Origin: Gemmatimonadales bacterium
GTDB taxonomy: Bacteria; Gemmatimonadota; Gemmatimonadetes; Gemmatimonadales; GWC2-71-9
Assembly (NCBI GenBank): GCA_041577295.1
Contig: JBFGJG010000001.1
Span: forward strand, 96,001-160,000
Length of the DNA stretch: 64,000 nt
Direction of reading: 5' to 3'
The notes under the pieces were generated by a model that was given only the letters and a program-made list of their open reading frames with translations, was not told the origin of the DNA and did not search any database. This document shows positions 12,704-23,684 of the stretch, one piece after another (position 1 is the first letter of the stretch; every line of letters starts with the position of its first letter). The translations under genes were made by a program, and so were the position numbers.

Positions 12704-13493
12704 CCCAAGTTGGCTTCTTCCAGTTGGGGTTTCGCAGGAGGGCGGCTGGGTGATACGTAACGATCAACGGCGTGCCGCGGAACTCGTGTACTCTGTTCCG
12801 CAGCGAGCCCAACGATTGCTTGGTTCCGAGCAGGGTCTCCGCGGCCGTTCCACCCATCGCAAGTATGACGGCCGGCTTGATGATTTCAAGTTGCCGATAC
12901 AGGTACGGTACACATGCGTCGATTTCCTCCTGCAGCGGTTTGCGGTTGTTGGGTGGTCGGCACTTTACGATGTTACAAATGAAAACCGTCTCACGAGGAA
13001 GCCGTATGGCCTTGAGGATGTCGGTCAGGAGCTCTCCCGCGCGCCCGACAAACGGGCGCCCCGTATCGTCTTCCGTTGCGCCCGGACCTTCGCCGACGAC
13101 CACGAGCTTCGCATTCATGGGCCCCTCGCCGGGCACCGCCTGTTTGCGATGCTCGCAAAGCACGCACTTGGTGCACTCGCGGATCACGTTGCCCAGTTGG
13201 TCGAGATCGTGCTTGGCCAACGGATCTCCCGTGAAGAGATCGGTCGCCGGGGTAGGCACGACAATGCCGGCGGGTGGAATTGGTGGGGCACCCCGTCTCC
13301 ATTTCGGCTCGCCCGTCACTTCCGTCGTCGGCTGAGGCGGCTGAGCCCGTTCTGCCCGCGCCGATTTGGCTGGAGTGGGCGATGCCGGTTGCTCATTGGC
13401 GTTTTGCAGCCCGGCGATCCCCATATACGCCGTCTCGCCCATTTGGCGGCGCTGGGTCAGATACTGAGACATGAGCTCACGAGCGTCGGTCAT
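12660..13493 (-). CDS. Uracil-DNA glycosylase family 4
   Basis: CxxCxLC, GEGPG, PFVGRAG, KCRPPNNR, TYHPAALLR. Confidence 0.93.
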   Translation of the reverse strand: MTDARELMSQYLTQRRQMGETAYMGIAGLQNANEQPASPTPAKSARAERAQPPQPTTEVTGEPKWRRGAPPIPPAGIVVPTPATDLFTGDPLAKHDLDQLGNVIRECTKCVLCEHRKQAVPGEGPMNAKLVVVGEGPGATEDDTGRPFVGRAGELLTDILKAIRLPRETVFICNIVKCRPPNNRKPLQEEIDACVPYLYRQLEIIKPAVILAMGGTAAETLLGTKQSLGSLRNRVHEFRGTPLIVTYHPAALLRNPNWKKPTWDDVRIARQLLDQRD

Positions 13494-14683
13494 AGTAGCG
13501 CTTCGACGGCGTCCAACAGACGCTCCGCGACGACCCGCTTCGGGAGGAGCTCGAGTTGATGTTGACCATCACGAGTCACGAACGTGACTCGATTGGTTTC
13601 GACCTCGAAGCCCGAGCCCGGCTCGGAAACGTGATTGAGCACCACCAGATCCAATCGCTTACGCTCGAGCTTCTCCTGTGCGCGGGCGAGTCCCTTCTCA
13701 TGCTCCAGTGCAAATCCGACCACGATCGCGCCCTGCCGCCGATCACCCGTGGTGCTCTCGAGTACGTCCGGTGTGGGAATGAGACTCACGTTCAGCGCAC
13801 CATCGGAGCGCGCCCGTTTGCTATTGTGTGATTGCGCCGGGCGGAAATCCGCTGGTGCGGCGGCCATGACCAACACATCGGCACCCGGGAGGATGCTTCG
13901 CAGCGTCTCTAGCAACTGCTCTGTAGTCTCCACCCGCCGAACCTCGGCGCCGATGGGTGGCGTCAGCGACGTGGGGCCGGTGACAAGGGTCACCTTCGCT
14001 CCCCTTGCGAACGCCGCCTCGGCAACTGCGTAGCCCATGCGACCGCTGGACGGGTTGGTGATGACCCGTACCGGGTCGAGGTGCTCTCGGGTGGGGCCGG
14101 CGGTCACCACCACGCTTCGGTTTTGCAGCCGGCCGTGAGGACCACGGAGGAGACGTTCGACGTGCGCCACGATCTCCTCAGGCTCGACCATCCGCCCTTG
14201 CCGGTCGCTTGGACCCTCGGCGAGGGATCCCACAGCCGGCCCAAGCGTGTGCCACCCTCGCGAGCGGAGCGTCTCGAGGTTTCGTTGTGTGGCCGGATGT
14301 GCGAACATCGCGTCATTCATGGCCGGCACCAGCAAGACCGGCACGCGGGCCGCGAGCAGTATGGCCGATAGAAGATCGTCCGCCATGCCCTGTGCGGCAC
14401 GGCTCAGGAGGTTCGCAGTAGCTGGGGCGACAACGATGAGATCGGGTTGGCGGGCAAGGTCGATATGCAGGAGCGCCCGGTCGCGATCCCACAAAGAAGT
14501 ATGGACCGGACGCCCAGTCAGAGCTTCAAAGGTCACCGGTCGAACGAACTCAGCGGCTGAGCTCGTGAGGACGACATCGACTGAGACGCCGGCTTCTGTG
14601 AGACGTCGGGCGACCGTGCACGATTTGTAGCTGGCAATCCCGCCCGACACGCCGAGCACCACGCGTCGGCCGGCGAGAGTCAC
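13490..14683 (-). CDS. coaBC: Bifunctional phosphopantothenoylcysteine decarboxylase/ligase
   Basis: GGIASYK, APATAN, PAMN, TAGPTRE, NPSSGRMG, GFALE. Confidence 0.95.
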   Translation of the reverse strand: MTLAGRRVVLGVSGGIASYKSCTVARRLTEAGVSVDVVLTSSAAEFVRPVTFEALTGRPVHTSLWDRDRALLHIDLARQPDLIVVAPATANLLSRAAQGMADDLLSAILLAARVPVLLVPAMNDAMFAHPATQRNLETLRSRGWHTLGPAVGSLAEGPSDRQGRMVEPEEIVAHVERLLRGPHGRLQNRSVVVTAGPTREHLDPVRVITNPSSGRMGYAVAEAAFARGAKVTLVTGPTSLTPPIGAEVRRVETTEQLLETLRSILPGADVLVMAAAPADFRPAQSHNSKRARSDGALNVSLIPTPDVLESTTGDRRQGAIVVGFALEHEKGLARAQEKLERKRLDLVVLNHVSEPGSGFEVETNRVTFVTRDGQHQLELLPKRVVAERLLDAVEALL

Positions 14684-14892
14684 GTTTCTTGGCGTCGTCT
14701 GCGTACGAGCCGATAAGTGAGACTGCCCGAAGCCAGCTCCTCCAACGCCCGGGTCGTCAGCTTCTTGCTCGGCCCGGATGTGGGGTCAGTGGGAAAGTCG
14801 TTCACGTAGCGCGCGAACTTCGCAGCCACCAAGACGCCGAGGTACTTGTTGCCTGCCTGTCGCGCCACGTTGGTTGGGGTGAAGATGTGCAT
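14680..14892 (-). CDS. rpoZ: RNA polymerase omega subunit
   Basis: NKY-x-x-V-x-VAAKxAR, K-x-TT-x-ALEEL; gmk-rpoZ-coaBC synteny. Confidence 0.85.
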   Translation of the reverse strand: MHIFTPTNVARQAGNKYLGVLVAAKFARYVNDFPTDPTSGPSKKLTTRALEELASGSLTYRLVRRRRQET

Positions 14893-14901
14893 CGATTCTC
14901 C

Positions 14902-15546
14902 TTACCGGGGCGCCGCGTTCTGCATCGCCCGCCGTAAACCGTCGCGCAGCTCGGCGATGCGCTTCGCTAGCTCACCGAGCCGTCGAACCTTCCGTGATTC
15001 GGCGTCGACGATCGCCGACACCTCCGCAACGGCGTGTGCCAGCTCATCGTTGATGACGACGTAATCGTAGGCACTCACCTCCTCGATCTCTTCGATCGCA
15101 CGCAGCAACCGCTGCCGGATCTGCGCTTCGTCCTCCCGCTCCCTCGAATGGAGCCGTTGGAGGAGGACCTCGGCCGAGGGCGGGAGAACAAAGATACTCA
15201 CAAGATCGCTCGTGCGCTGCCGCACCTGACGGGCCCCCTGGACTTCGATGTCGAGCACGGCGTGCTTGCCGCCGCGGAGGATCCGATCGACCTCTGAGGC
15301 CAGTGTCCCGTACAGATGGTCCCCATACGATGCCCACTCGAGGAATGCCCCGCGATCGATCCGCCGTCGGAATTCCTGCTCGGTGATGAAGTGGTAGTCC
15401 ACCCCATCGCGCTCGCCCGCCCGAAGCGGGCGCGTCGTCGCCGAGACGCTGTACCCCAAGTCCCTACGGTCGCGCAGCAGCTGACGGGCAATCGTCGTCT
15501 TGCCACCACCGGAGGGAGAGGAAAGCACCAACAAAAACGGGTTCAC
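14902..15546 (-). CDS. gmk: Guanylate kinase
   Basis: SSPSGGGKTT, SVSATTR, GVDYHF, DIEVQGA. Confidence 0.96.
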   Translation of the reverse strand: MNPFLLVLSSPSGGGKTTIARQLLRDRRDLGYSVSATTRPLRAGERDGVDYHFITEQEFRRRIDRGAFLEWASYGDHLYGTLASEVDRILRGGKHAVLDIEVQGARQVRQRTSDLVSIFVLPPSAEVLLQRLHSREREDEAQIRQRLLRAIEEIEEVSAYDYVVINDELAHAVAEVSAIVDAESRKVRRLGELAKRIAELRDGLRRAMQNAAPR

Positions 15547-16418
15547 TCGAGGTTCTCCACCTGTTCGCGGACCTTTTCGAGCTCCCCTTTTATGCGCACA
15601 ACCGCCTGGGCGATTGGGGCGTCATTGGCCTTCGATCCAATCGTGTTCGCCTCACGCAACATCTCCTGTCCGAGGAACGACAGCCGCCGCCCCACCGCCC
15701 CCTTTTCGGTCATCAAGGTGCGACACGCGTCGATGTGCGTCCGCAGTCGCACCAACTCCTCCGTGACATCGAGCTTGTCCGCCAAAATGGCGATCTCCTG
15801 CGCCAGACGGTCGGGATCGGCGGGTTTCCCATCGAGCAGCTCGGTCACCGCGGTTGTCAGCCGTTCTCGTTCTGCGCTCAGCCTTTTCGGGGCGCGGACC
15901 GCGATCGCCTCCGTTTCCCGTGCGATCTCATCCAGCAGGCGCGAGATCTCTGCGGCAAGTGCCGATCCCTCTTGATCACGCATCGCCGTGAGTCCGTCCA
16001 CGGCTTGATCCAGCAGTGCGAGCAGCTCAGCACGGTCGATCGGCACTTGCTCTTCGTCTGCCGGTATCAAGATGTCCGGTTGGCGCGCGATGAAGGTGAG
16101 GTCGATCTCTCCGGACAAGCCGAGGTCCTGCTGAAGCTGCTGGAGGGCATTCACGATGGATTGCGCGCGGGGCAGGTTCACGCGGACTGTCGACATGCTG
16201 CCCGGTTCCTCCGTCCATCGAGCAGCCAAGGTCAGATGTCCACGCTCGATCCGACCGCGGAGATGGTTGCGCACAGCGGACTCGAGTGGAAGCAGAGGGG
16301 CGGGCAGCCGCAACTGGACGCTGAAATGGCGATGGTTCACCGTCCGGATCTCGATTGACAGGTGACCTCCGCCGAGGGGGCCGTCGGCGGCCCCGTAACC
16401 TGTCATCGATCTCGGCAC
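15543..16418 (-). CDS. yicC: YicC/YloC family endoribonuclease
   Basis: SMTGYG, RTVNHR, LDVTEELVRL, QEMLREANTIGSK, EQVENLE. Confidence 0.93.
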   Translation of the reverse strand: MPRSMTGYGAADGPLGGGHLSIEIRTVNHRHFSVQLRLPAPLLPLESAVRNHLRGRIERGHLTLAARWTEEPGSMSTVRVNLPRAQSIVNALQQLQQDLGLSGEIDLTFIARQPDILIPADEEQVPIDRAELLALLDQAVDGLTAMRDQEGSALAAEISRLLDEIARETEAIAVRAPKRLSAERERLTTAVTELLDGKPADPDRLAQEIAILADKLDVTEELVRLRTHIDACRTLMTEKGAVGRRLSFLGQEMLREANTIGSKANDAPIAQAVVRIKGELEKVREQVENLE

Positions 16419-16450
16419 GTCACCGTCTCTCGCCTCTCTGGACGGGCGGA

Positions 16451-16479
16451 AAGCTAGCGTCCATCGAAAGGGCCGTCAA
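16451..16479 (-). promoter_or_regulatory. Sigma70-type promoter for the yicC-gmk-rpoZ operon
   Basis: Minus strand TTGACG-N17-TAGCTT. Confidence 0.6.
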
Positions 16480-16497
16480 AACGCAGCAAGAAGAGCG

Positions 16498-18273
16498 TCA
16501 ATTGGCGAATACCCACTTCACCCCAAAAGTTTGCGCGGAGATGGGATAGGGCATACCGGGAACGTACTGCGCCTGGGTGTTGCCCGCATTGCGAAGGTTC
16601 CAGAAACCCGTGAAACCGGCAATCTGAAACTCGATGAGGGCTTCGGTGAACGTGGCGGCGGGCAGCGGGATCGGTGTTCCGACATCGTTGAGGCCAGCGA
16701 TGCCGTTGTCCCACGACTCGAGGGCCACTTCGAGCTTGATATCAAACGTGCCGCTCCGAAAGGTACGCCAATACTTCGAACGAAACGTCAGCGCCATTCG
16801 ACCGTGTCGCGGCGGTTGGAGGCTGTGGTCGTCCCCGCCGAGGCGATCTGAGTACCAGGCCCGCGCCGTCAGCGGGCGCAGTGGCTGCAGGCGCACGTCC
16901 ACGATCAGATACGTTGCCGCCCCGGACGAATCCAACGCGGCGATGGGCAGGTCGGCAAACGGGCGCGGCACGAAAGCGTCGCGCTGCGCAAGGCCGACGT
17001 GAGAGGCGATAACGCGTGTGTCCAGGCCGAGCCGCACTGAACGGTCGATGGTTCGTTGCGCAGAGTCCGCCAGCAGCGCTGATGCCTGAACCGCCTCGGC
17101 CCACTCGATCTCGCCCACCAGGGAGAATGGGCCGTGATACAGCGCGGCCCCACCGTGCAGGGTCCGCGACGTGCGATCACCCTCGTGCTGTTCCCGACGC
17201 GCATCTCCGAATAGCACGAGCCCCGGCACAGGAACCCAGCCGAAGCGACCCTCTACACCGCTGAGCGTCCGGGAATCCCCGAGGATCCCGCGAACGCTGC
17301 CCGTCAGGTTGGGAGTCTGATAGCGAGTCTCGAGATACACCCGGCGCACCCGCTGTTCGGGGATGGTTGACTCTTCATCTGGATCCCACGCACTAATGCC
17401 GACCCCTCCCTCGACGCGCAGGCCGAGACCGTCGTCGCGCGTGCCAGCGTACATGGCGAAGAGGATGTCGGTGCTCGCGCCGCGTCGCTCTGGTACCCCG
17501 ACAACGCCCCCTTGGGTATTGGCGGCATCGCGATCGTGATCTTGTCGTCTGATCTGATAGGACGCTCCCATCCGCGGCGAAGGATGCCATCCGAACTTGG
17601 CAAACACGTCAAACGCCTGGTCGTTGCGCCCCGGCCCGCTTGCACCGTCGGTGCCAACGAAATCTGCGGCGGCCACGAGCTCAAATCCGCTGCGCCATCG
17701 GTGTTGAAACATCCCGGCGAACGCCGCCGTGGAGAAGTCGCCGCTCCCGACCTGAATGAACGACCGCGGCGTGAGCCGCTCGTGGCGCTCGCTCACGACG
17801 TAGACCCGGAGCCCAGCGGGACGAACCTCCACGTCGACCCGGCGGAGCAACGTCAAGGGAATCCGCGCCGGATCGAGGAACAGACTGTCGTTACCCAAGG
17901 GTTCTAGACGGACGCCGTCCCAATAGATCTCGAGCGCTCGACCTCCCCGCCCCGCGTAGTTCACGTACTCCGGCAAACCCAGGAAGCCCGCTCGGGCGAT
18001 GTACACGCCCGGGATCTGTCCCAGTAGATCCGAAAGCGTGTGCGCGTCCGACCAGAGAATCGAATCTCGGGTGAATACATACCGGCCACTGGGGGGCAGC
18101 GGGCCCGGCGGCGTCTCCGCCTCCTTGATCGCGACGACGGGTGATGCCAGCGGGAGTGTATCCGCGACCGCCGCGGTGTCGACAGCAGTGGTATCCTGCG
18201 CCGCGTGGAGAGGAGAGAGGTGAGGAAGGAGTACTAGCGCGACGACGAACCCGACGCGCTTCGTGCGAGTCAC
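16498..18273 (-). CDS. Outer-membrane beta-barrel protein with TonB-dependent-receptor plug-like domain
   Basis: Signal peptide, LSDLLGQIPGV/YWDGV plug-like segment, amphipathic beta strands, C-terminal FGVKWVF. Confidence 0.7.
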   Translation of the reverse strand: MTRTKRVGFVVALVLLPHLSPLHAAQDTTAVDTAAVADTLPLASPVVAIKEAETPPGPLPPSGRYVFTRDSILWSDAHTLSDLLGQIPGVYIARAGFLGLPEYVNYAGRGGRALEIYWDGVRLEPLGNDSLFLDPARIPLTLLRRVDVEVRPAGLRVYVVSERHERLTPRSFIQVGSGDFSTAAFAGMFQHRWRSGFELVAAADFVGTDGASGPGRNDQAFDVFAKFGWHPSPRMGASYQIRRQDHDRDAANTQGGVVGVPERRGASTDILFAMYAGTRDDGLGLRVEGGVGISAWDPDEESTIPEQRVRRVYLETRYQTPNLTGSVRGILGDSRTLSGVEGRFGWVPVPGLVLFGDARREQHEGDRTSRTLHGGAALYHGPFSLVGEIEWAEAVQASALLADSAQRTIDRSVRLGLDTRVIASHVGLAQRDAFVPRPFADLPIAALDSSGAATYLIVDVRLQPLRPLTARAWYSDRLGGDDHSLQPPRHGRMALTFRSKYWRTFRSGTFDIKLEVALESWDNGIAGLNDVGTPIPLPAATFTEALIEFQIAGFTGFWNLRNAGNTQAQYVPGMPYPISAQTFGVKWVFAN

Positions 18274-19763
18274 CCGCGAGCGCGGCCGAGCACGAACTCG
18301 GCGAAGAGGCGCACCCCCACCCCGGTTGGTCCCTTGCCCATTCCCGGACGGTCACCATCCGTGTACGCCGTCCCCGCGATATCGAGGTGCGCCCAGGGAA
18401 AGCCCTCGACGAACTCGCGGAGGAACCAGCCCGCTGTGATCGAGCTCCCCGGGCGGCCACCCGTGTTCTTGACGTCGGCGATATCGGACTTGAGCTGCTC
18501 GCGAAACTCGTCCCACAGCGGGAGCGCCCAGCACCGCTCCCCGGCCAGGTCCCCGGCGTGGCGTATCTCTTCGAGGAGATGATCGTCATTGCCCATGAGG
18601 CCCGTCGCGTGGTGCCCTAACGCAATGACGATCGCCCCCGTCAGCGTTGCGGCGTCGATCACGCACGCCGGCTTGAATTTGCGGGCGTACGATAGCGCAT
18701 CGGACAGGATGAGCCGTCCCTCCGCATCGGTGTTGATGATCTCGATTGTCTTGCCGTAATGGGATCGTACGACGTCACCGGGCTTCACCGCGGTTCCCGA
18801 TGGCAGATTCTCCGTCGCGGGAATGAGTCCGACGACGTTGAGCTTGGGTTCGAGATGCGCCAGTGTCTCAAAGAGACCGAGGACCGCTGCGGCGCCCGAC
18901 ATGTCGTACTTCATCTCCTCCATCTTGTCCGCACTCTTGATGGAGATGCCACCTGCGTCGAAGGTGACGCCCTTGCCGACAAAGCAGATTGGGGCCGCGC
19001 GACCGCCTGCTCCCCGATACTCGAGCGTGATGAAGCGCGGTTCCTGCTGCGAGCCCTGCGCGACCGCGAGCAGGGCGTTCATGCCGGTCTTCTCGAGGTG
19101 GGATCGGCCGAGCGCGGCCACCCGATACCCGTACGCCTTGCCTAGGTCCCGGGCGATGTCCGCGAGGTAGCTTGGTGTGCAGACATTCCCTGGAAGCATT
19201 TGGAGATTGCGCGCCAGCCGTTGTCCGATTGCGGTGGCGGCGCCGATCTTGCGGCCGCGCTCGGCATCTGGCCGATCCTCGCGGCTGATGATGATGTCGA
19301 ACTGAGCGAGCCGCTGCTTTTCCTCGGTGGCCTTGAGCTCTGTGAACCGCCACGCGCCCTGCGACGCTCCCTCGACCGCCACTTGACCGATCGCAGACGG
19401 GACGACACCTCCGTGGGTCTCCGTCGCCACGTGGAAGGCCAGTGTCTTCGCGCTGAGCTCGACAGCTTTGCGGCCAGCAATCGCTGCCGCGTCCCGGATA
19501 CTGCCCCGCGTGATCTCCTCGTGCTTGCCGAGCCCAACCAGGATGAGGCGGTCAGCACCTTTGCGGGGGTAGACGACGAGGACCTGATTCCTTTTTCCCG
19601 TGAAGTCACCCTGCGCAATCGCGCGGGAGACATCACCCTCTGCGGCGCGGTCGAGGCTGAGGAGTGACGTCGGAACCTTCGCATTGGTAAGCTCACCGAC
19701 CGCCACGGCAAGGACGTTTGCTCGCACCCTATCCAGTGGAACCACCCGCACCGAGGAGTTCAC
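18270..19763 (-). CDS. pepA: Leucyl aminopeptidase (M17)
   Basis: [38 protein letters not shown]. Confidence 0.96.
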   Translation of the reverse strand: MNSSVRVVPLDRVRANVLAVAVGELTNAKVPTSLLSLDRAAEGDVSRAIAQGDFTGKRNQVLVVYPRKGADRLILVGLGKHEEITRGSIRDAAAIAGRKAVELSAKTLAFHVATETHGGVVPSAIGQVAVEGASQGAWRFTELKATEEKQRLAQFDIIISREDRPDAERGRKIGAATAIGQRLARNLQMLPGNVCTPSYLADIARDLGKAYGYRVAALGRSHLEKTGMNALLAVAQGSQQEPRFITLEYRGAGGRAAPICFVGKGVTFDAGGISIKSADKMEEMKYDMSGAAAVLGLFETLAHLEPKLNVVGLIPATENLPSGTAVKPGDVVRSHYGKTIEIINTDAEGRLILSDALSYARKFKPACVIDAATLTGAIVIALGHHATGLMGNDDHLLEEIRHAGDLAGERCWALPLWDEFREQLKSDIADVKNTGGRPGSSITAGWFLREFVEGFPWAHLDIAGTAYTDGDRPGMGKGPTGVGVRLFAEFVLGRARG

Positions 19764-20983
19764 GCCACCACCGCTTTCGCCATGTGTTTGATCACGGCGT
19801 CCGCGAATCCCGACGTGCGTACCTCCTTCGCCTTCGGCATCTGCCGGGCGAGATCGTACGTGACGGTCCTCGCCGAAATGGCCCCTTCGATTCCCTGGAC
19901 GATGGCGCGCGCAACATCAGTCCATCCCAGCTCCTCGAACATCATCACGCCCGAGAGGATGACGCTGGATGGATTGACCTTGTCTTGGTTGGCGTACTTT
20001 GGGGCGGTCCCGTGAGTCGCCTCGAAGACAGCGTAGCCATCGCCGAGATTGCCGCCCGGTGCCATGCCGAGGCCGCCCACTTGAGCCGCCGCGGCGTCGG
20101 AGAGGTAGTCACCGTTGAGATTAGGCGTTGCGATCACCGCATACTCATTCGGTCGCAATAGGATCTGCTGGAACATCGCGTCGGCAATCCGATCTTTGAT
20201 GACCACGCGGCCTTCCGCCTGCTTTCCCTCCCACAAATCGGATTCTGGCATTGTACGATCGCGAAAGCGCTCCTTGGCAACCTCGTAACCCCAGTCGCGG
20301 AACGCCCCCTCGGTGAACTTCATGATATTGCCCTTATGGACCAGGGTGACCGAGGTTCGCTGACGATCGATGGCATACTGAATGGCCTTGGCCACCAGGC
20401 GTTTCGAGTTGAACGCACTCATTGGCTTGATGCCGAGGGCGCTCCCCTCGCGGATGTTGGCTCCAAACGTGTCCCGCAGAAAGTTGCGGAGTTTCGTTGC
20501 CTCAGGACCCTCAGCCCGATACTCGATTCCCGCGTACACGTCCTCGATGTTCTCCCGAAAGATCACCACGTCCAGCTTGGCCGGTTCGCGCATCGGCGAG
20601 GGGACGCCGGCATAATACCGAACCGGTCGCACACACGCGTAGAGATCGAGGAGCTGTCGGAGGGACACGTTGAGTGAACGGATACCGCCACCGACCGGTG
20701 TGGTCAGCGGACCCTTGATGGCAATTCGATGAGTCTTGATAGCCTCAAGTGTGGCCTCAGGGAGCCATGTGCCCGCTTCGCGGTGCGCTTTCTCGCCGGC
20801 GAGCACCTCCATCCATTCGATCCGTCTCTTTCCACCAGACACTTCCTCGACGGCCGCGTCGAAAACCCGTTGCGCGGCGCGCCAAATGTCGGGCCCCGTT
20901 CCATCGCCCTCGATAAACGGGATGATGGGCTGCTCCGGAACGTGATACCGGCCGTCCCTCCATTCGATGCGCGCGCCGCTCAT
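19760..20983 (-). CDS. icd: Isocitrate dehydrogenase (NADP)
   Basis: [51 protein letters not shown]; start at MSGARIEW. Confidence 0.96.
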   Translation of the reverse strand: MSGARIEWRDGRYHVPEQPIIPFIEGDGTGPDIWRAAQRVFDAAVEEVSGGKRRIEWMEVLAGEKAHREAGTWLPEATLEAIKTHRIAIKGPLTTPVGGGIRSLNVSLRQLLDLYACVRPVRYYAGVPSPMREPAKLDVVIFRENIEDVYAGIEYRAEGPEATKLRNFLRDTFGANIREGSALGIKPMSAFNSKRLVAKAIQYAIDRQRTSVTLVHKGNIMKFTEGAFRDWGYEVAKERFRDRTMPESDLWEGKQAEGRVVIKDRIADAMFQQILLRPNEYAVIATPNLNGDYLSDAAAAQVGGLGMAPGGNLGDGYAVFEATHGTAPKYANQDKVNPSSVILSGVMMFEELGWTDVARAIVQGIEGAISARTVTYDLARQMPKAKEVRTSGFADAVIKHMAKAVVA

Positions 20984-21194
20984 CGAGGGAGTTCCCCGGC
21001 GCCGACGGGCGGTGTGGCGCTGATGATATGTGTGTCCATGACCAGATTTGGATGCGTGGTGTGCAACTTGGGAGCGCCGGAACGCCCTAGCCCGGCGACA
21101 TTGACGCCTAAGGTTAGTCGTGGCGAGACCGAGCGGCAAGTTAGCGCGCGCACCGGTCTCCGCGTCTCACAGCGAGGGCAATTGTTGGGCGGAA

Positions 21195-21725
21195 CTACAG
21201 ATAGACGCGCCCCTTGGTGGCTTCCCAATTCTCCCAGAACCGGACGTAATACGAGCGATTTCGTCCCTGGGGTACGCGCCACCACGGATGATGTGGATCA
21301 TCGGAAGGAGGAGTGATGGCACACTCCGCGACGCTCGCTTTGTGTGAGCAATAGGGGCAAGGGTACGAGGTGACGCCGGGCGCAATCCACCAGATGTAAG
21401 GAGCTTTGGCAATGGTAGGCCACCCCTCGCAGTTGTGTACGACCGGACGGTACCACTGCGGCGGGCCATCCACCGCCTGTGTGAATCCGCAGAAACGGCA
21501 CCCACGATAGCGACGGTCTGGCTCTTCGAAGCGGGGGCCGTAGAAGCCGACGCGCTCGCAGCCCGGGCACGGGCCGGGATCCCGGCCCTCACCAAAGTTC
21601 AGAAAGCACTCGGAATCCCAATCCTCTTGCGTGTAGATGAGATCGCGCTCGATTTTGCCCACGGAGCCCATCGCGTGAAGACGCTGAACCGTACGGAAAC
21701 GCGTATTGGCAGGCGTAGATGCCAT
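21195..21725 (-). CDS. Hypothetical Cys/aromatic-rich protein with three CxxC motifs
   Basis: CPGC, CRFC, CPYC; AGGGGG RBS-like sequence upstream. Confidence 0.7.
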   Translation of the reverse strand: MASTPANTRFRTVQRLHAMGSVGKIERDLIYTQEDWDSECFLNFGEGRDPGPCPGCERVGFYGPRFEEPDRRYRGCRFCGFTQAVDGPPQWYRPVVHNCEGWPTIAKAPYIWWIAPGVTSYPCPYCSHKASVAECAITPPSDDPHHPWWRVPQGRNRSYYVRFWENWEATKGRVYL

Positions 21726-21788
21726 AATCCCCCTCTAGACTACCCGGTCCTCCTAAGCCTCACAAAGTAAGTACCTACTGAGAGAGTG

Positions 21789-22409
21789 CTAGTGCGATGG
21801 CGCACGGTTCGGCAGTGACACATGTAGATGGTCGGCGGTTCCGACGTGCCGAAGCGTGCGAAACCCCGTGAGGCGAAAGTACATAGTGAGGAGCCCGTTC
21901 CGCACCCATGACCGGCCCTGCGTACGGATGTCCATGGCGTGGACATAGCCGTCAGACTGAGGATAGTGATGTGAGCTAACCTGCGCGCGAAGGCCCATGG
22001 TCGCGTAGTCCTCAGGGGCCCGCTCGAGATCGGTGATCAACGCGCCCCGGTCAACCAACATCACCGTGCTGACCGCGACGCGGAGCAACGGATGGAGCGC
22101 GCGGTACTCCTGGCGCACCGCGTCTGACTTGGCCCGACCGTGCGCAAGGTGCAGCAGCGCGCCGGCACAATACACCATGACGAGGGGGGCGACGATGCGG
22201 GTTGCCAGGACGCGAACACGTGCCCGCCCAGTCGTCTTCTTCGAGAGCCACGAGGCGTATCCCGTGAGCACCGCACCGGCGAACACGGCACCGAGAGAGA
22301 CCGCGAGCCACACGGGGAAGCCGTCCCGCCAGGCAAGCATTGCGCCCCACAGGAGTGTTGCGAACGGGAGCAACAGCAGAACGAGAACCTTGAGCGCCGC
22401 GGTGACCAT
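21789..22409 (-). CDS. Membrane protein with C-terminal Zn-peptidase-like (M15/LAS-like) domain
   Basis: Three TM helices, then SSHHY...HAMDIR and DHLHVS. Confidence 0.65.
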   Translation of the reverse strand: MVTAALKVLVLLLLPFATLLWGAMLAWRDGFPVWLAVSLGAVFAGAVLTGYASWLSKKTTGRARVRVLATRIVAPLVMVYCAGALLHLAHGRAKSDAVRQEYRALHPLLRVAVSTVMLVDRGALITDLERAPEDYATMGLRAQVSSHHYPQSDGYVHAMDIRTQGRSWVRNGLLTMYFRLTGFRTLRHVGTADHLHVSLPNRAPSH

Positions 22410-22481
22410 ACTGTCTCTACGCCCTGAAGGCTGGCGAGGTTTCTGGTCGGTGCGGAGAAGGCGTGGGGAGGAGAACCGACC

Positions 22482-23201
22482 TTATGGGCGGTCGGCAACC
22501 TCGAGTACCAGTCGGTCGAAATTGGCAGTTGCCTGTCGACGGGTGTTGTCCGTATCGACCATGATCGCGACCGCGGCCAATGTGTCGGGCTCGGCATCAA
22601 ACGCCCGCCGGTAATCCTCGAGCGGATCCCGTACATGGCTGACCCAGGTGTTGATGCGATCGTCACCGGATGCCACGACGATCATCGCAACGTCGTCCGT
22701 GAACGGGCTACGGTACACCGTGCCTAGGGGCTGGTGAGCACTCCACACATAACAGAGCGCCCGCCCGGACCACGGGCCTTCGCTCGCATCGAAGATGACA
22801 AAGACGCGGGCGGCGAAATCATCACCTCGCTTCTCCCGTTCCCGATCGTTCCCTCGCAGTGAGCGCTCAATGCGCCAACGCCACGAGATCTCGCGGACAC
22901 GACCAGCCTGCATGGCCACCTCCCGGACGAGTCCGGAATTCCCGGCCACGCTGCGGGCTTCCACGACCGGCCCGCCGGAAAGCGACCGAACGCGGTACCG
23001 AGTCGGACGACGCGCGAGCCGGTATTCCGACCAGTCAGCCAGTCCGCGCTCGGCAAGATCGGCGAGCAGTTCGACACGCCCTGCGGGATCGTGAACGAAC
23101 ACGGTGCCGGCTTGCCCGACCAGCGGCGGAGCGCTGGTGAGCACGAGCAACCCCAGCAGCCACAGCTGCCGATTACCCGAGGTGCCGGAGGGTTCGGTCA
23201 T
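22482..23201 (-). CDS. DUF3047 domain protein, probably exported
   Basis: SWRWRI, DDFAARVFVIF, YVWS, SPFT, AIMVDTDNT; start uncertain. Confidence 0.8.
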   Translation of the reverse strand: MTEPSGTSGNRQLWLLGLLVLTSAPPLVGQAGTVFVHDPAGRVELLADLAERGLADWSEYRLARRPTRYRVRSLSGGPVVEARSVAGNSGLVREVAMQAGRVREISWRWRIERSLRGNDREREKRGDDFAARVFVIFDASEGPWSGRALCYVWSAHQPLGTVYRSPFTDDVAMIVVASGDDRINTWVSHVRDPLEDYRRAFDAEPDTLAAVAIMVDTDNTRRQATANFDRLVLEVADRP

Positions 23202-23318
23202 CCCTTGTAGAATGGGCTCAGTCGCCACCAGGTTCCAGCTCTTCGCGAGTCGCATTCGCGCCGCACGGGAGTTAGAATCGTCCCGCAGAGGTCAAATCGC
23301 CGGGTCTTCGGAGGGCCT

Positions 23319-23597
23319 ATGAAGCAGAGATGGGGCCGTATGCTTGCCTTCGCCGTTGTCGTCGTAATCTTCGTGACCTACCTGGTCTGGGGAAGCTTAC
23401 GCGCGGTGCAAGCCGAATGCGAATTGTGTATCGAGTTCCGCGGACGCACCGAATGCCGCACGGGCTCCGGTGAGACCCAGCAGGACGCTATTAGCGCGGC
23501 GCAGCGCGCAGCATGCGCGGTGATGGCGGCGGGGATGGACGAGAGCATTGCCTGCCAGAATCGGCCGCCGCAAAACTTGCGCTGCTCCACGAGGTAG
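23319..23597 (+). CDS. Small membrane-anchored Cys-rich hypothetical protein
   Basis: N-terminal TM helix, six Cys; GGAGG RBS. Confidence 0.75.
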   Translation: MKQRWGRMLAFAVVVVIFVTYLVWGSLRAVQAECELCIEFRGRTECRTGSGETQQDAISAAQRAACAVMAAGMDESIACQNRPPQNLRCSTR

Positions 23598-23612
23598 GGC
23601 GCCGAATGTCAA

Positions 23613-23653
23613 GAGGCTGAGGGCGAGCTCAGCGGCCGTCCGCCCTCAACCTC
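23613..23653. terminator. Hairpin between convergent genes
   Basis: GAGGCTGAGGGCG...CGCCCTCAACCTC inverted repeat. Confidence 0.45.
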
Positions 23654-23684
23654 TTCGTTAACGCTACCGTTTTTGGCCTCGCAG

